DNA of 62,919 nucleotides, counting the filler, from Octopus bimaculoides (taxonomy: Eukaryota), in the NCBI RefSeq assembly GCF_001194135.2. It is 4 parts of 4 records of this genome, joined end to end, with 100 filler letters (N's around TTAATTAATTAA, not from the genome) between each part and the next. Parts side by side here need not be neighbours in the genome. Positions count along the whole stretch, not along the records: positions 25,988 to 43,167 come from NC_068991.1; 3 more parts are not named here. One strand, given 5' to 3'. This document shows positions 26,160 through 38,952 of this stretch, one piece after another (position 1 is the first letter of the stretch; every line of letters starts with the position of its first letter). The position numbers and the translations under genes are program-made. The notes under the pieces were generated by a model. That model did no database searches. It saw only the letters and a list, made by a program, of their open reading frames with translations, and had not been told where the DNA came from.

Positions 26160-26480
26160 CGGCAGCAGTAGTCGCGCGGTGATGTGTCGTAGTGTCCAGA
26201 GTGAAGATAGTGTTGTCGTGCGGCAGTGACCTCAGGGTGTTGTAGTATGTAGAATTGTAGTGGTGGAGGTGGTTGCGGCGGTAGCGGTAGGAGGAGTATC
26301 GGTGATAGTGCTGTGGTCATTTACAACCTTCATCTTAAAACCATTGACGTCATCATATCATCCGTGTCGTCGTCGGCGGCGTCGTCGGCCATGTTGTCGT
26401 ATGTTGTTCTTCTTGCTATTGCTGTCCTTATAAATGCAGTTATTTTGTTTCTTCAGCCATCGCTCAAATGGTTGCTGCCG

Positions 26481-26512
<32 letters not shown>

Positions 26513-27135
26513 GGTGTTGTTGTCGGTGTTGTTGTCGATGTTGTTAATGATGTTGTTCCTTGTTAAAGTCGTCCTTCTCTTTGATATTGAAGCTTCATTA
26601 TTTGTTTTCGCTACAGATGTTTTTGTTGTTGTTGTTGTTGCTGTTGTTGTTGTTATAAATAATGATCTATACGTTGATGTCATTGCTGTTGTTGTTGTTG
26701 TTGTTGTTGTTTTTTGTTAATAGCGGCGGTGGTGGTGGTGTTTCTACGTAATGACGTATCGTTCGCTTCCGTATATATGTTTGGTCGTCGCACTTCATGG
26801 CTGTTGTTGCTGTTGCCATTGTTGTTGTTGTTGTTGTTGTTGTTGTCGTCGTCGTCGTCGTCGTCGTCGCAGTGACCCTTCAGCACCGTTTTGAAGACAG
26901 TTCCTTTGTGTTGACGATAAAACTGTTTTCGTTCCATTTATCAACGAGACTCCGACGACGCGACGACAACGGCGAATCGGCAACGGAGGATGCATGAGGG
27001 CGATGGCGGTGATGACGATGATGGGGACGAGGAAGATGAAGATCATCATAGCGATGATGATGATGATGATGACAATGACGATGACAATGACGGCGACGAC
27101 GATGATGCGGAGGATGCTGCTGACGACAAAGATGA
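25988..27135. repeat. Compound trinucleotide block (GTA/GCA/GTT/GTC/GAT/GAC)
   Basis: Directly visible. Source of the poly-V, poly-L and poly-D pseudo-ORFs. Confidence 0.9.
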
Positions 27136-27281
27136 CGAGGATGATCTCTCTCTCCCCTTCTTTCTCTCCCCTCTCTCTCTCTCCTTTTCTTACTGCTCTT
27201 CGTTCCACTCTGTTGCTCTCTAATTCCTCTTTTTTGTATCTATCTCTCCTTTATCTCCCTCAATCTTCTTTCTCTTTCTCC

Positions 27282-27354
<73 letters not shown>

Positions 27355-27399
27355 TCACTCTCTTTCTTTCTCTTCTGCGTATTACAGAAGGACACTAAA

Positions 27400-28008
27400 T
27401 CCGAGGACACGAAATTCAAGCTGCGTCATTTAAATATTTCTTTTCCACTCCATATAAACAAAAACCTAGCACGGTGCCATCAACAACATTCCAGACAAAT
27501 CATCGCCACAAGTGGCGTCGGCAACGGATGAGCTGCGACCCAGAAGTGGGCCACTAAGGGTTTCTCTGCGGCCCTCGCGCTTTTTCTAAAAACAATGTTT
27601 TTCAACTTATCTTATTTGTGGACTTTTAAGTTGATGACGTTTGAATAATCTGCTCACGTGATCATTTAATTTTTGCTTACGTAATCATTACCGATGACGG
27701 AAAAGGAGGATACGCGGAGACAGTGTTATAAACCCAAGATATGCCATAATATACAGTGGGCCATGGGCAAACGCTAAAAGTGAAATGTGGGCCATTATAA
27801 TGTGATGTTACGCATCCCTTTGCTAAACAAGATGGTTACTTTATCCATGGCACACAAGCACAACGGCAATCATAAATCCCATCGAATTGAACTGGCCCGG
27901 TAGCAAACGCAAGGATGAGAAAACCTGTTTTCTATACCCCTCGGGTCGTAAGCATGATACCTTTGGAGGTTGCGATTCAGTCGTTGAAACTGTGACCCAG
28001 GACCTAAG
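27400..28008 (+). promoter_or_regulatory. CpG-enriched, repeat-free putative promoter
   Basis: TGCGTCA 27422, TGACGT 27635, TCACGTGA 27654, TTACGTAA 27677, TGACG 27695, GTGGGCCA x3 (27546, 27756, 27787), Inr-like TCAGTC 27977-82, followed by AAGATGGCG and a GTAAGA donor. Confidence 0.55.
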
Positions 28009-28020
28009 ATGGCGATCGGC
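28009..28020 (+). CDS. Candidate first coding segment (MAIG) of a ~42-nt first exon
   Basis: CTAAG-ATG-GCG-ATC-GGC|GTAAGA about 30 nt after the Inr-like motif. AAGATGGCG is also a YY1-type motif, so the ATG may not be translated. Confidence 0.4.
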
Positions 28021-28173
28021 GTAAGAACATACCATTGCAAGTCACGTATTTCTTTGAATAGAAACAACGATATCATTCTTGAAAATCTGCGCGGTCATTT
28101 AACATGTTAGAAATAGCAGCCAATTATCCCTTAAATCGTTCTCTACTGCCTTAGGAAAGAAAACAACATTATA

Positions 28174-28578
28174 ATGACTGTGTGGTAAGTAGCTTGCTTA
28201 CCAACCACATCATTCCGGGTTCATTCCAACTGCGTGGCACCTTGGGCAAGTGTCTTCTGCTATAGCCTCGGGCTGACCAAAGCTTTGTGAGTGGATTTGG
28301 TAGACGGAAACTGAAAGAAGCCTGTCGTATATATGTATATATATATATGCATATGTGTGTATATGTTTCTGTGTCTGTGTCTGCCCCCCCCCCCAACGTC
28401 GCTTGACAACCGATGGTGGTGTGTTTATGTCCGCGTAATTTAGCGGTTCGGCAAAAGAGACTGACAGAATAAGTACTAGGCTTTCAAACAATAAGTCCTG
28501 GGGTCGATTTGCTCGACTAAAGCCGGTGCTCCAGCATGGCCGCAGTCAAATGACTGAAACAAGTAAAAGAGTAAAGAG
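28174..28578 (+). mobile_element. SINE family A, full-length well-preserved copy
   Basis: Head TGTGTGGTAAGTAGCTTGCTTACCAACCAC...CCGGGTTCATTCC, internal (AT/GT)n, tail CCAGCATGGCCGCAGTCAAATGACTGAAACAAGTAAAAGAG. Confidence 0.9.
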
Positions 28579-28686
28579 TATAAATAATGTATTCCAACAC
28601 ACCCTTAAAAGAACTGATAGCCATGGGTGGAACGCTTTCGATCGTACATCTGTCTTGTAGCTAAAGAGTCACAAAAGCCAATGAAC

Positions 28687-28975
28687 CAACGCCATCTGGG
28701 CAAATATAATTTTTAGCAGCGTCATCATGGCGCAAGTGTAGTTTTTAGCAACGCCATCGAAGCAAAGAAATTGTTTTCGCAATAGCATCGAAGCAACGCT
28801 AGTTCTTATCATCAATACCATCAGATTAAAAAGTTCTTCCTTCTTTTTTTTTTCCTAAATTCTTTTGGGTAAAGATACTTTTCAGTAATACTATCAGAGC
28901 AAAGAGTTTTTATCAAAGCCTTCACGTCAGACTTAGTTATTTTTTTTTCCAACGCCATCGTAGGAAAAATAGTTA
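28687..28975. repeat. Degenerate ~31-bp tandem array with conserved CAACGCCATC core
   Basis: Core or variant at 28687, 28717, 28749, 28780, 28813, 28886, 28914 and 28950. Confidence 0.7.
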
Positions 28976-29159
28976 AAGTGTTATGTTAAGCTGTAGAATG
29001 ATATCAACGGTTCCAGTCTGTTTCCTTGTTTGTCTGCCTCACTGCATTTCTGTATATATCTGTAGATCTGTCCGCCTTTCTGATGTTTTGCCCTGTACAC
29101 AGCTGTGTGGTGCACATAGTGCACCGTACACTGCGCAATATGCTTTATTTACAAATGGC

Positions 29160-29380
29160 GGCGATGATACTGTTGGTATTGAGGAGAGGAAGGAGCGGGT
29201 GGGGGGGGAGAAGGAAAAGAGGAGGAGAGAGATGAAGAGACGTTGAAGGAAGGAAACGGTGGCGAAGACGACGGCGTTGGAGACGCTACTACTACAGTTG
29301 ATGATGATGATGATGCTGATGATGATGTTGATGAAGACGGTGAGAGAGATGATGATGATGATGATGAAGTCGGTGGGAGA

Positions 29381-29418
<38 letters not shown>

Positions 29419-29426
29419 CGGTGAAA

Positions 29427-29459
<33 letters not shown>

Positions 29460-29665
29460 AATGATGATGACGGTGAGAGAGATGATGATGATGATGAGGA
29501 TGATGATGAGGATGATGATGACGGTGATTGTGATGAGGATGATTGTGATGATGAAGACGGTGAGAGAGATGATGATGCTGATGATGTGCATGGCTGAGAG
29601 ATTTTTCATAACAATGGTAGTAATTATAGTGGTGGTTTTAGCGATGCTGGTTGTGCTGATGATGA

Positions 29666-29720
<55 letters not shown>

Positions 29721-30052
29721 GGTGGTGGCAGTGGTGATGCTGGTGTTGGTGTTGGTAGTGTCTGTGGTGGGGATGGCTAATGTGGTTTTGATGGTAGTAA
29801 TGGCAGTTTGGAGATGATGGTGATGAACGTCACTGTGGAGGTTGTTGCTGTGGAGGTTGTTGCTGTGGAGGTGGTGATGGTCGTAATGGTGATGGTGGTT
29901 ATGATGGTGATGGTGACTGTAGTGGTGTGTGTTGGCAATGGTTGTGGTGATAGTGGCGGTAATGAAGGTGGTGATGGCAGCGGTGGTAGTTGTGGTGGTG
30001 ATGGTGGTAGTGCATGTAGTGGTGGTGGTTGTAGTGGGTGTTGTAGTTGTGG
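29160..30052. repeat. Compound (GAT)n/(GTA)n/(GGT)n block with recurring GACGGTGAGAGAGAT unit
   Basis: Directly visible. Confidence 0.9.
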
Positions 30053-32021
30053 NNNNNNNNNNNNNNNNNNNNNNNNNNNNNNNNNNNNNNNNNNNNNNNN
30101 NNNNNNNNNNNNNNNNNNNNNNNNNNNNNNNNNNNNNNNNNNNNNNNNNNNNNNNNNNNNNNNNNNNNNNNNNNNNNNNNNNNNNNNNNNNNNNNNNNNN
30201 NNNNNNNNNNNNNNNNNNNNNNNNNNNNNNNNNNNNNNNNNNNNNNNNNNNNNNNNNNNNNNNNNNNNNNNNNNNNNNNNNNNNNNNNNNNNNNNNNNNN
30301 NNNNNNNNNNNNNNNNNNNNNNNNNNNNNNNNNNNNNNNNNNNNNNNNNNNNNNNNNNNNNNNNNNNNNNNNNNNNNNNNNNNNNNNNNNNNNNNNNNNN
30401 NNNNNNNNNNNNNNNNNNNNNNNNNNNNNNNNNNNNNNNNNNNNNNNNNNNNNNNNNNNNNNNNNNNNNNGAAGCTTTGCACAACTTGTGTAGATGATTA
30501 TTAGAATTATTTTTAGACCTTTTAGGTGGACGAGGCAGTAAATCAGCAGACATTAGTTGTATTTAATTTGGTTTTAAGTTCTGAGTTCAAATCTCAATGT
30601 GTAAGGAAAGAGTTGGATTTGTGTTTCACTTTCTAATCTTGATAAAGAAAAAGTACCAGTAATATAATGGTTTATAGCAGGCATTTCTAATGTATAACTA
30701 TGATAATTGCCTGTAAAATAATTTTTCGGATATACGAGTATTATAATTTGCTTGAAGCGTTGCAATGTGTAAGTTGTATAAATGTTTTTTTCTAAACATA
30801 ACTCTAACTGATGCAAGCGAGAAGTTGGATAAATTATGTAATGCGATGCCAATAGATAATAACAAAAAAATATTCTATTAATTTACATAGTTTGTTTAAT
30901 GCTTCTATAATATTTCGGGAAAGATTTCTCTTATCAAATATAAGAAAGAAAATAATCCAAGAGTTCGGAGAAAAGTATTAATATTAGTAGGCCATTCTGA
31001 TGTATTATGGGATCTATTTTTCACTGGGTCTGCAAGAATAGGCAGTGACCATAGCCTTCATGGACCCTGTGATACCGGTGAAACTGATGTCGCTGAGTTT
31101 CCATATGAACTGTTGCAAGGAAACATCAGCAGAAGGGTCATTAACATCGAGATAATTCTAGAGAATTGAGGTTCTAGTGGAGAAATACTGGGAGTAGCAC
31201 TTAGTATGGGGCTTGGGATTTGGAAACAACATGTTTGATGGGAAGAAGAAGTAAAGAAGCGGGAGTTGGGAATACATGAGTGGAGATTGCACAGAACCAG
31301 CTAGTTCCAAGAAGCAGAAGCCATTGTAATAGCAGGAGGAGAAAACAGAAAGGAGAGACAGCATCACCATGAATCAAATGTTGAAGGGTATCTGTAAATG
31401 TCAGTTGTTTAATCAAAATAAATTAATATTCGTCCAAACGACATTGGATCAGATGCTTTACTTCAACTGTCACTCGCTCCGCATTTAATGAATGGCTGGC
31501 TCCTGTTTATACGCCGTTGGCAAAGAATTATTCACATTCCCCAGTTCGGTCTTCAAAACTCTCTATTACAATTTCCATAAAAAAAAAATATTAGCTAAAC
31601 ATACGGAAATACGGAATAACTAAACTTAGTCAATTACCGAATTCTCATTGTAACTTGGTAATTTAGATAACAGATACATATGGATTAAATCATACTTTTT
31701 AAAACAACGAAAATCTTACTTTAAAGAAGAATGCTTAAGAGAAACGAACTATTCAGATAGAAGAGAATGCTTAAAAGAAGGGAATTCCTTAGCATGGAAA
31801 AAATATGCTTCAATTAGGCAGAGTATTAGTAAATTAGTATTGATTACTTATGTCTAATTAACACAAAAATGGGAGCTTTGGTTCACATGATCAGTTATTT
31901 GTGAACACAATCAGAAAAAATACATGCATACATACAACCATACATACATACACACATACGTATATACATACATATATAAAGAGGGGCAGATCTATAGATA
32001 GTTATGTAAAAGCATAAGTAT

Positions 32022-32235
32022 ATACAGGGTGCAGTGAATAAACTGTCGTCTAAATTACGCAGAAATGAAAATAACACTGACATCTCATTTTAACATATAT
32101 TTACCAAAATTACATTAAAATATCTTGAAATATTAAAGAGTAAATTTATTCAATAAAATCGCCATTGACTTCAACCATGGCCTCGAGACGACTTTTCCCC
32201 ATTGTATAACCTTAAAAACATTAAAAAGAGAGAAA
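32022..32235. mobile_element. Tc1/mariner-type terminal fragment
   Basis: TA-CAGGGTGCAGTGAATAAACTGTCGTC begins like a Tc1/mariner TIR; no convincing matching end. Confidence 0.45.
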
Positions 32236-32929
32236 GAGCTATGCCAAGATGATATACAGCCGCATCTAGAAACCTCATATATAAAGTCCTAGCAAGATTG
32301 AGATCGCTCGGCAAACGATCAAGAAAATGAAGGTATTGTACAATGTAGAAATACGCATTTTATACAAATGGAAATGTCTGAAACTGACTAGACACGAAAT
32401 CTAGAATATTTAATCAATGCCCACACGCGGATAAATAAATGCTAACGCTTTGGAAAGTATATGGGAATAAATGCAAATATACAGACACGCTTACATATAG
32501 GTGTGTGTTTATGTCTGAATACATGTATGTATGTTGAGGTGTTCGATGTGTGTGTGTGTGTGTGTGTACTCATTTCATTCATTCTTTTACAAATATTCTT
32601 CTTTATACATAAAGACACCCTAAGGACATAATCTGCCGTTCAAATTATGGCTTTCAAACATTTATAGTCTGTTATTTTAACATATTTCCAAGGATTTTTT
32701 TGTTTGTTTTTGTTTTGTTCCTTCTTCCTTGTCGCACCTTCTTTCTAACCGATTTCGTTCTCAGTCTGATGATCAGATGAAGCAACCAACTATTTCGTTC
32801 TTCCTGAACGCAATCGACGTAGATTTGAATGAAATTATAATAGCCGCTTCTGCATCCGGACTACTGTATAAATACCACTTGCAATTCGTCTATGACTTGA
32901 GTCTGTTTCACTTCTTTAAAATTATTCAT

Positions 32930-33092
32930 AGGCGCAGGAGTGGCTGTATGGTAAGTAGCTGCCATTTCCAGCCACATGGTTCCGGGTTCAGTCCTACTGC
33001 GTGGCACCTTGAGTAAGTGTCTTCTACTATAGCCTCAGGCCAACCAAAGCCTTGTGGGTAGATTTTGTAGACGGAAACTGAGAGAAATCCGT

Positions 33093-33133
<41 letters not shown>

Positions 33134-33240
33134 GTGGGGGTATTATATATGTATGTGTGTATGTTTGTGTGTCAGTGTGTGTGCCCCCACCATCGCTTGA
33201 CAACCGATGCTGGTGGGTTTACATCATCGTAACTTAGCAA
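32930..33240 (+). mobile_element. SINE family A, 3'-truncated
   Basis: AGGCGCAGGAGTGGCTGTATGGTAAGTAGC...CCGGGTTCAGTCC...CATCGCTTGACAACCGATGCTGG. Confidence 0.9.
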
Positions 33241-33397
33241 GATAAAAATATATATTGTATTTGGATTGACGAATTACGAGACAAAGTGACTTTCTACGAG
33301 CTTGTTTCACTTACTAGAAATAGCAGCTAGATCTTCATCAAACTACACCATATTCTCTTTAAAAAGTAGGATACATAACAACATGATGGAGTTAATG

Positions 33398-33826
33398 GCC
33401 AGCAATTTGGGGGTAGTGGACAAGTGAATTACATCGACCTCCGTGTTCAACTGGTGCTTATTTTATCGATCCCGAAATAACGAAAGGCAAAGTCGACCTC
33501 GGCGGAATTTGAACTCAGAACGTAAAGACAGACGAAATACCGGTAAGCATTTCGCCCGGCGTGCTAACGATTCTGTCACTTCGCCGCCTCAACTGGAGCT
33601 AAATATTATTTCTGCTCTAAGCACAAGGACTTGAAAATTTTGGTGGGAGGGGACTAGACAATTACATCGACCCAAGTGTTTAACTGGTACTTATTTCATT
33701 GACCCCGAACGGATGAAAGGCGGAATTTGAACTTGGAACGTAGCGGCAGATGAAATATGGCTTACGATTTCGCCCGGTGTGCTAACGATTCTGTCAGTTC
33801 ACCGCCTTAGCTGGAGCTAAATATTA
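33398..33826 (-). mobile_element. Head-to-tail pair of family B SINEs
   Basis: Copies at ~33398-33589 and ~33611-33807, each followed on + by CTGGAGCTAAATATTA. Confidence 0.85.
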
Positions 33827-35349
33827 ACAACACTATTAACAACAATTACAGTAACAACAATAACAACGACAACAACAACAGCTGACACAATATCATTTCT
33901 ATCAACTTAACGCACTGACTGCTTAATTCATTATGTATCATTAAAAAACAATACAAAAAAAAATTCAAAATACAAAAAGAAATGAAACGAGAAAATTTCA
34001 GTTTTGAAATCTATGTAAAATATAAGAAAATAAATGTCAGACTAGCAGCAAATTTTTTTTAATTTTTGTATGTGTTTTTAATTACTTAAGATTATTTTCA
34101 ACTGAAATCAAAATGGCATGAAACTATTACATTTTCATGCTTTCACGATTTTCGACAGGAATATTATTAACTTTTCGCAAATTACCTTTAATTATACGTT
34201 TTCAACATTCGAAAAGCAAGTACTGAGATGTGGCAGGGTTTTCTCTTCTGTTTATTTTTATTTTTATTTTTCAATATTTTATTTTTATCTTATTTTAATT
34301 TGTCGGTCGGTGGAAGTGTTGGGAGCGGGGAGGCACCAGGAATGGTTTATAATTATAACTGTTGACGCTGCTATCCTTTTAGTAAAGCAGAGGGCGTTAG
34401 ATTGGCAGAATTTAATACATTTCGGTATTTTATTCAGGATCTTTACGTTGCGAGTTCAAATCCCGCCGAAGTTAATTTTGCCTTTCACCCATTCGGGAGT
34501 CAATAGAATAAAATAACAGCTAAGCACTGCAGTTTCTCTCCCTCTCTCTCCCTCTTTCTCTCTCTCTCTCTCCCTCTCTATCGTCTCTCACTCTCTTTTT
34601 CTGTCTCTTTCTCTCTCCCTCTGTCTCTTTCTCTCTCCCTCTTTCTCTCTCCCTTTCTCTTTCCCTCTCTATCGTCTCTCACTCTCTTTCTTTCTCTCTT
34701 TCTTTCTGTCTCTGTCTTTGGCTTTGGCTTTGGCTTTCTCTCTCTCTCTCTCTGACTTTCTCTCCCTCTCTCTCTCTCTCTCTCTGACTTTCTCTCTTTC
34801 CCTTTCTCTCTCTCTCTTTCTCTCTGTCTCTCTCAGTCTCTTTCTCTCTCGCCCTTTGTCCCTCTCCCTCTTTCTCTTACCCTTCTCTCTCTTTTCACTC
34901 TCTCTCACACTTCTGAGGGTTCGATGAAATGAATACCAGTCATATACGGAGATCAAAATAATTCATTGTCCTGCTCCCCCATAAACCAGGAATATGGATT
35001 ATAATCTACGCAAAAACAATCCATATTAAGTTTTTCTGATTTAGGCACAATAACAATTTTGATGGGGGGCGGAGAAGTTGATACCATCTAACCTAATTAT
35101 TGACTAGGGCTGTATGTTATCGACCGCAGTACTTTTCCTGACTTTGGGGTGATTTGAACTCAAAGCATAATGAGCAACAGAAATAATCTAACGTATTTAT
35201 GTCCGACACTTTAACGAGTTTACCAAAGATCATAAGAATCGATATGAAAGCAATTAGCATTGACGTAATACATTTTTTCTTGGCATCTTCTGTTTCTTCT
35301 CTTTTTCCCTCTTCCTTTATTCTCTCTCTCTCCCTCTTTCTCTCTCTAT

Positions 35350-35419
<70 letters not shown>

Positions 35420-35815
35420 ATGTATCATCTTTATTCTCGGTCTAAATAATTACTTGCATGTCTTTCTACGCGTATACCTATGTAATTCATATCAAGTAAT
35501 GAAACGTATGTAATGGGAGGTCAATAATACTCAAAATTTTCAAGTCTTCTATTTCAATATGTAATTAATCTGCAAAACATAGTTTCCAGGACTCCACAGT
35601 ATTCTCTCACTAGTTTTTACGCACATATAAAATATGACATCCACAAATAAACAGAGGAGAACTGAATACGTTGATGAGTTTCATGAGGACACAGCTTGGA
35701 TTATTATAACCCTATCTACATATTTATGTATTGATGTATATATATTTATATATTGATTATGTATTTGTGTATCTATTTATATATTAATCATCTAAATTTC
35801 TATATTCTATTTCAG

Positions 35816-35856
35816 ATCCAATCGATGACAATCCGTTCAGCAGCTTAATTTGGAAG
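35816..35856 (+). CDS. 41-nt internal exon; if coding, phase 1-0 (xPIDDNPFSSLIWK)
   Basis: TTCTATATTCTATTTCAG acceptor and AAG|GTGAGTAT donor, both near consensus. Only the phase-1 frame is open; it could be a UTR exon. Confidence 0.6.
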
Positions 35857-35924
35857 GTGAGTATCTTGCTTTCTTTTATCCCGTTAACTATTTTATTCTA
35901 GCGTTTTTGTTTTTAGTGTTCAAG

Positions 35925-35967
<43 letters not shown>

Positions 35968-36603
35968 NNNNNNNNNNNNNNNNNNNNNNNNNNNNNNNNN
36001 NNNNNNNNNNNNNNNNNNNNNNNNNNNNNNNNNNNNNNNNNNNNNNNNNNNNNNNNNNNNNNNNNNNNNNNNNNNNNNNNNNNNNNNNNNNNNNNNNNNN
36101 NNNNNNNNNNNNNNNNNNNNNNNNNNNNNNNNNNNNNNNNNNNNNNNNNNNNNNNNNNNNNNNNNNNNNNNNNNNNNNNNNNNNNNNNNNNNNNNNNNNN
36201 NNNNNNNNNNNNNNNNNNNNNNNNNNNNNNNNNNNNNNNNNNNNNNNNNNNNNNNNNNNNNNNNNNNNNNNNNNNNNNNNNNNNNNNNNNNNNNNNNNNN
36301 NNNNNNNNNNNNNNNNNNNNNNNNNNNNNNNNNNNNNNNNNNNNNNNNNNNNNNNNNNNNNNNNNNNNNNNNNNNNNNNNNNNNNNNNNNNNNNNNNNNN
36401 NNNNNNNNNNNNNNNNNNNNNNNNNNNNNNNNNNNNNNNNNNNNNNNNNNNNNNNNNNNNNNNNNNNNNNNNNNNNNNNNNNNNNNNNNNNNNNNNNNNN
36501 NNNNNNNNNNNNNNNNNNNNNNNNNNNNNNNNNNNNNNNNNNNNNNNNNNNNNNNNNNNNNNNNNNNTATATACACACACAAACGCATACATATATATAT
36601 ATA

Positions 36604-36825
36604 TCACCTTTAAACAGAGTCTGGAGAAATTTCTTCAAGGAATACCAGACAAGCCACCCATACCTGGATACATCTCACTCAACAAGAACTCACTACTTGA
36701 ATGGACCATAAACAAAACTTGACTTACAAAGGATTTAGAAAATCTTATCATGTGGTGCTATTAAGTTAGACATGGCCTGGACCAGTCGTTGGTCGAAACA
36801 TATCTAAGTTTCATCTAAGTTTTAT
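36604..36825 (+). mobile_element. CR1-like LINE 3' end
   Basis: TFKQSLEKFLQGIPDKPPIPGYISLNKNSLLEWTINKT* resembles the FK..LD.FL..IPD.P...GY RT C-terminus. The 3' UTR has a GACCA/TGGTC stem-loop and a repeated CTAAGTTT tail. Confidence 0.7.
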
Positions 36826-36854
36826 GTATATATATGTATGTAATATATATATAT

Positions 36855-36949
<95 letters not shown>

Positions 36950-37726
36950 TTACATGCTTATATATACATATATGTAAGTATGTAATATATGTAGGTATAA
37001 GTAAATATATACATCTACATATATATGAACATATATATATATATATATATATATATTGAATTATATATATATATATACACTTCTATATGTACTTCTATCT
37101 CATGTTCATTCATTTATTTATTTAATTATTTCAACTTGGCGTAGAAATTGAACGTTTGCCAAGTTAACGTTTCTTATGGTGGCAGTGTAGGAATATTATT
37201 GAAATCACGTGTGATTTAACGAGAAGTAAAAAAAAAAAACAGAAAACGAAAACCCGAAACTTTTAACTTTCTCTCCACATTGTAACACATAAAAAGGAGT
37301 GGAAGGAGAATAATAGATAACTAGATACAGGTGTGTTCGTGCGTGCATCAGTAAGTGTATCTTGCATGTGTAATCTGGTGTGTGTGTGCACAAACACACA
37401 CGTATATAAATGTGTGTGAGTGTGTGTATACAGATTGAGAGAATGAGAGGCATTCCATTACAGAATAAATAGGCGTATGCACTGAAATGAGTATAGATGT
37501 GTATGTATATATGTGTACATATATATGTATATATATGTATATATATATATATATATATATGTATATGTGCATATATATGTGTATATATATGTGTGTGTGT
37601 ATTATATAGATGCATGTGCATGCACGTAAATGCATACATTATAATTATATGTATATTTATATATGCATATATGTATATGCATATATATATATATATACAT
37701 TACATACATGAATTAGGTTGTATATC

Positions 37727-37768
<42 letters not shown>

Positions 37769-37770
37769 TG

Positions 37771-37801
<31 letters not shown>

Positions 37802-38118
37802 ATGTACATATATATAGACAGGTAGATAGATAGATATCTAAATAGATAGATTGAACTATGTGTGTATGTATATGTATGTGTGCAAGTGTCTATTTATATG
37901 TATATGTAGGTGTGTAAAAGTTTATTTATGAAAATTATGACTTGTATTTCTGTATATTCGTTAATATGCAAGTCTTTTATGCAACTTGAGATTGCACATG
38001 CACACATATTCACATGAAAACAAGTGTTTGCGCGTGTGTGTGCGTGTATGTGTCTTTGGTGTGTGTATACATTTGATTCAAGTATATGTGTGTGTATAAA
38101 TAAAGATAGATAGGTAGG

Positions 38119-38193
<75 letters not shown>

Positions 38194-38827
38194 GCATATC
38201 TATAGATGTTTATACATACACATATGCAATATCGGTTTAAATGTGTACACATGTGTAAATGCATACATACATACATACATACATACATACATACATACTT
38301 ACATATATATGTATATATATATATATATATACATATATATTTGCCACTGTGCATATGCACATTCAAAACTGTCCATCTTCCCTCCCCGACCGCCATAACT
38401 CACAGCTCACATAACTACGTCATCACCTTGGTTAGCTTACTGAAGTGTCAGGAATTTAAAATAACTTTTTTGTTGCTACCGCTGTTGCTCTCATAGCGAT
38501 GCTGGTTGTTGTTGTGGTTGTCGTTGTTCTTCTTGTTACTGCTTCGGTAGTGGTTGCGTTTTACGCCATTTTTTTTTTGCTTTTTTTTTAAAGTTTACTT
38601 CATTTCTTTTTTGTTTCTTCTCGTCTTTTCTCGGTCTCTCGGTTTTTCCGTTGAATACAAATTAGGCCTTAAATATATAATGCACTGTCTATATTTGGAT
38701 ACAAACTTATGTACACATACATTCTGTATATATATACATACAAATATATATATATATATTTATTACATATATATATACACACACAAACACATATATATAT
38801 ATATATGTGTGTGTGTGTATGTGTATG

Positions 38828-38952
<125 letters not shown>

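Noticed and set aside
28687-28975. CRISPR interpretation of the repeat-spacer-like array
   Set aside because: Eukaryotic context, only a 10-nt degenerate core, spacers similar to one another, and no cas genes.
32766-32785. CTGATGA box as a hammerhead or snoRNA element
   Set aside because: No stem II or GAAA partner, and no matching C/D box arrangement.
36778-36805. GACCA-loop-TGGTC-GAAAC as another hammerhead
   Set aside because: No CUGANGA box upstream; better explained as a LINE 3' UTR stem-loop.
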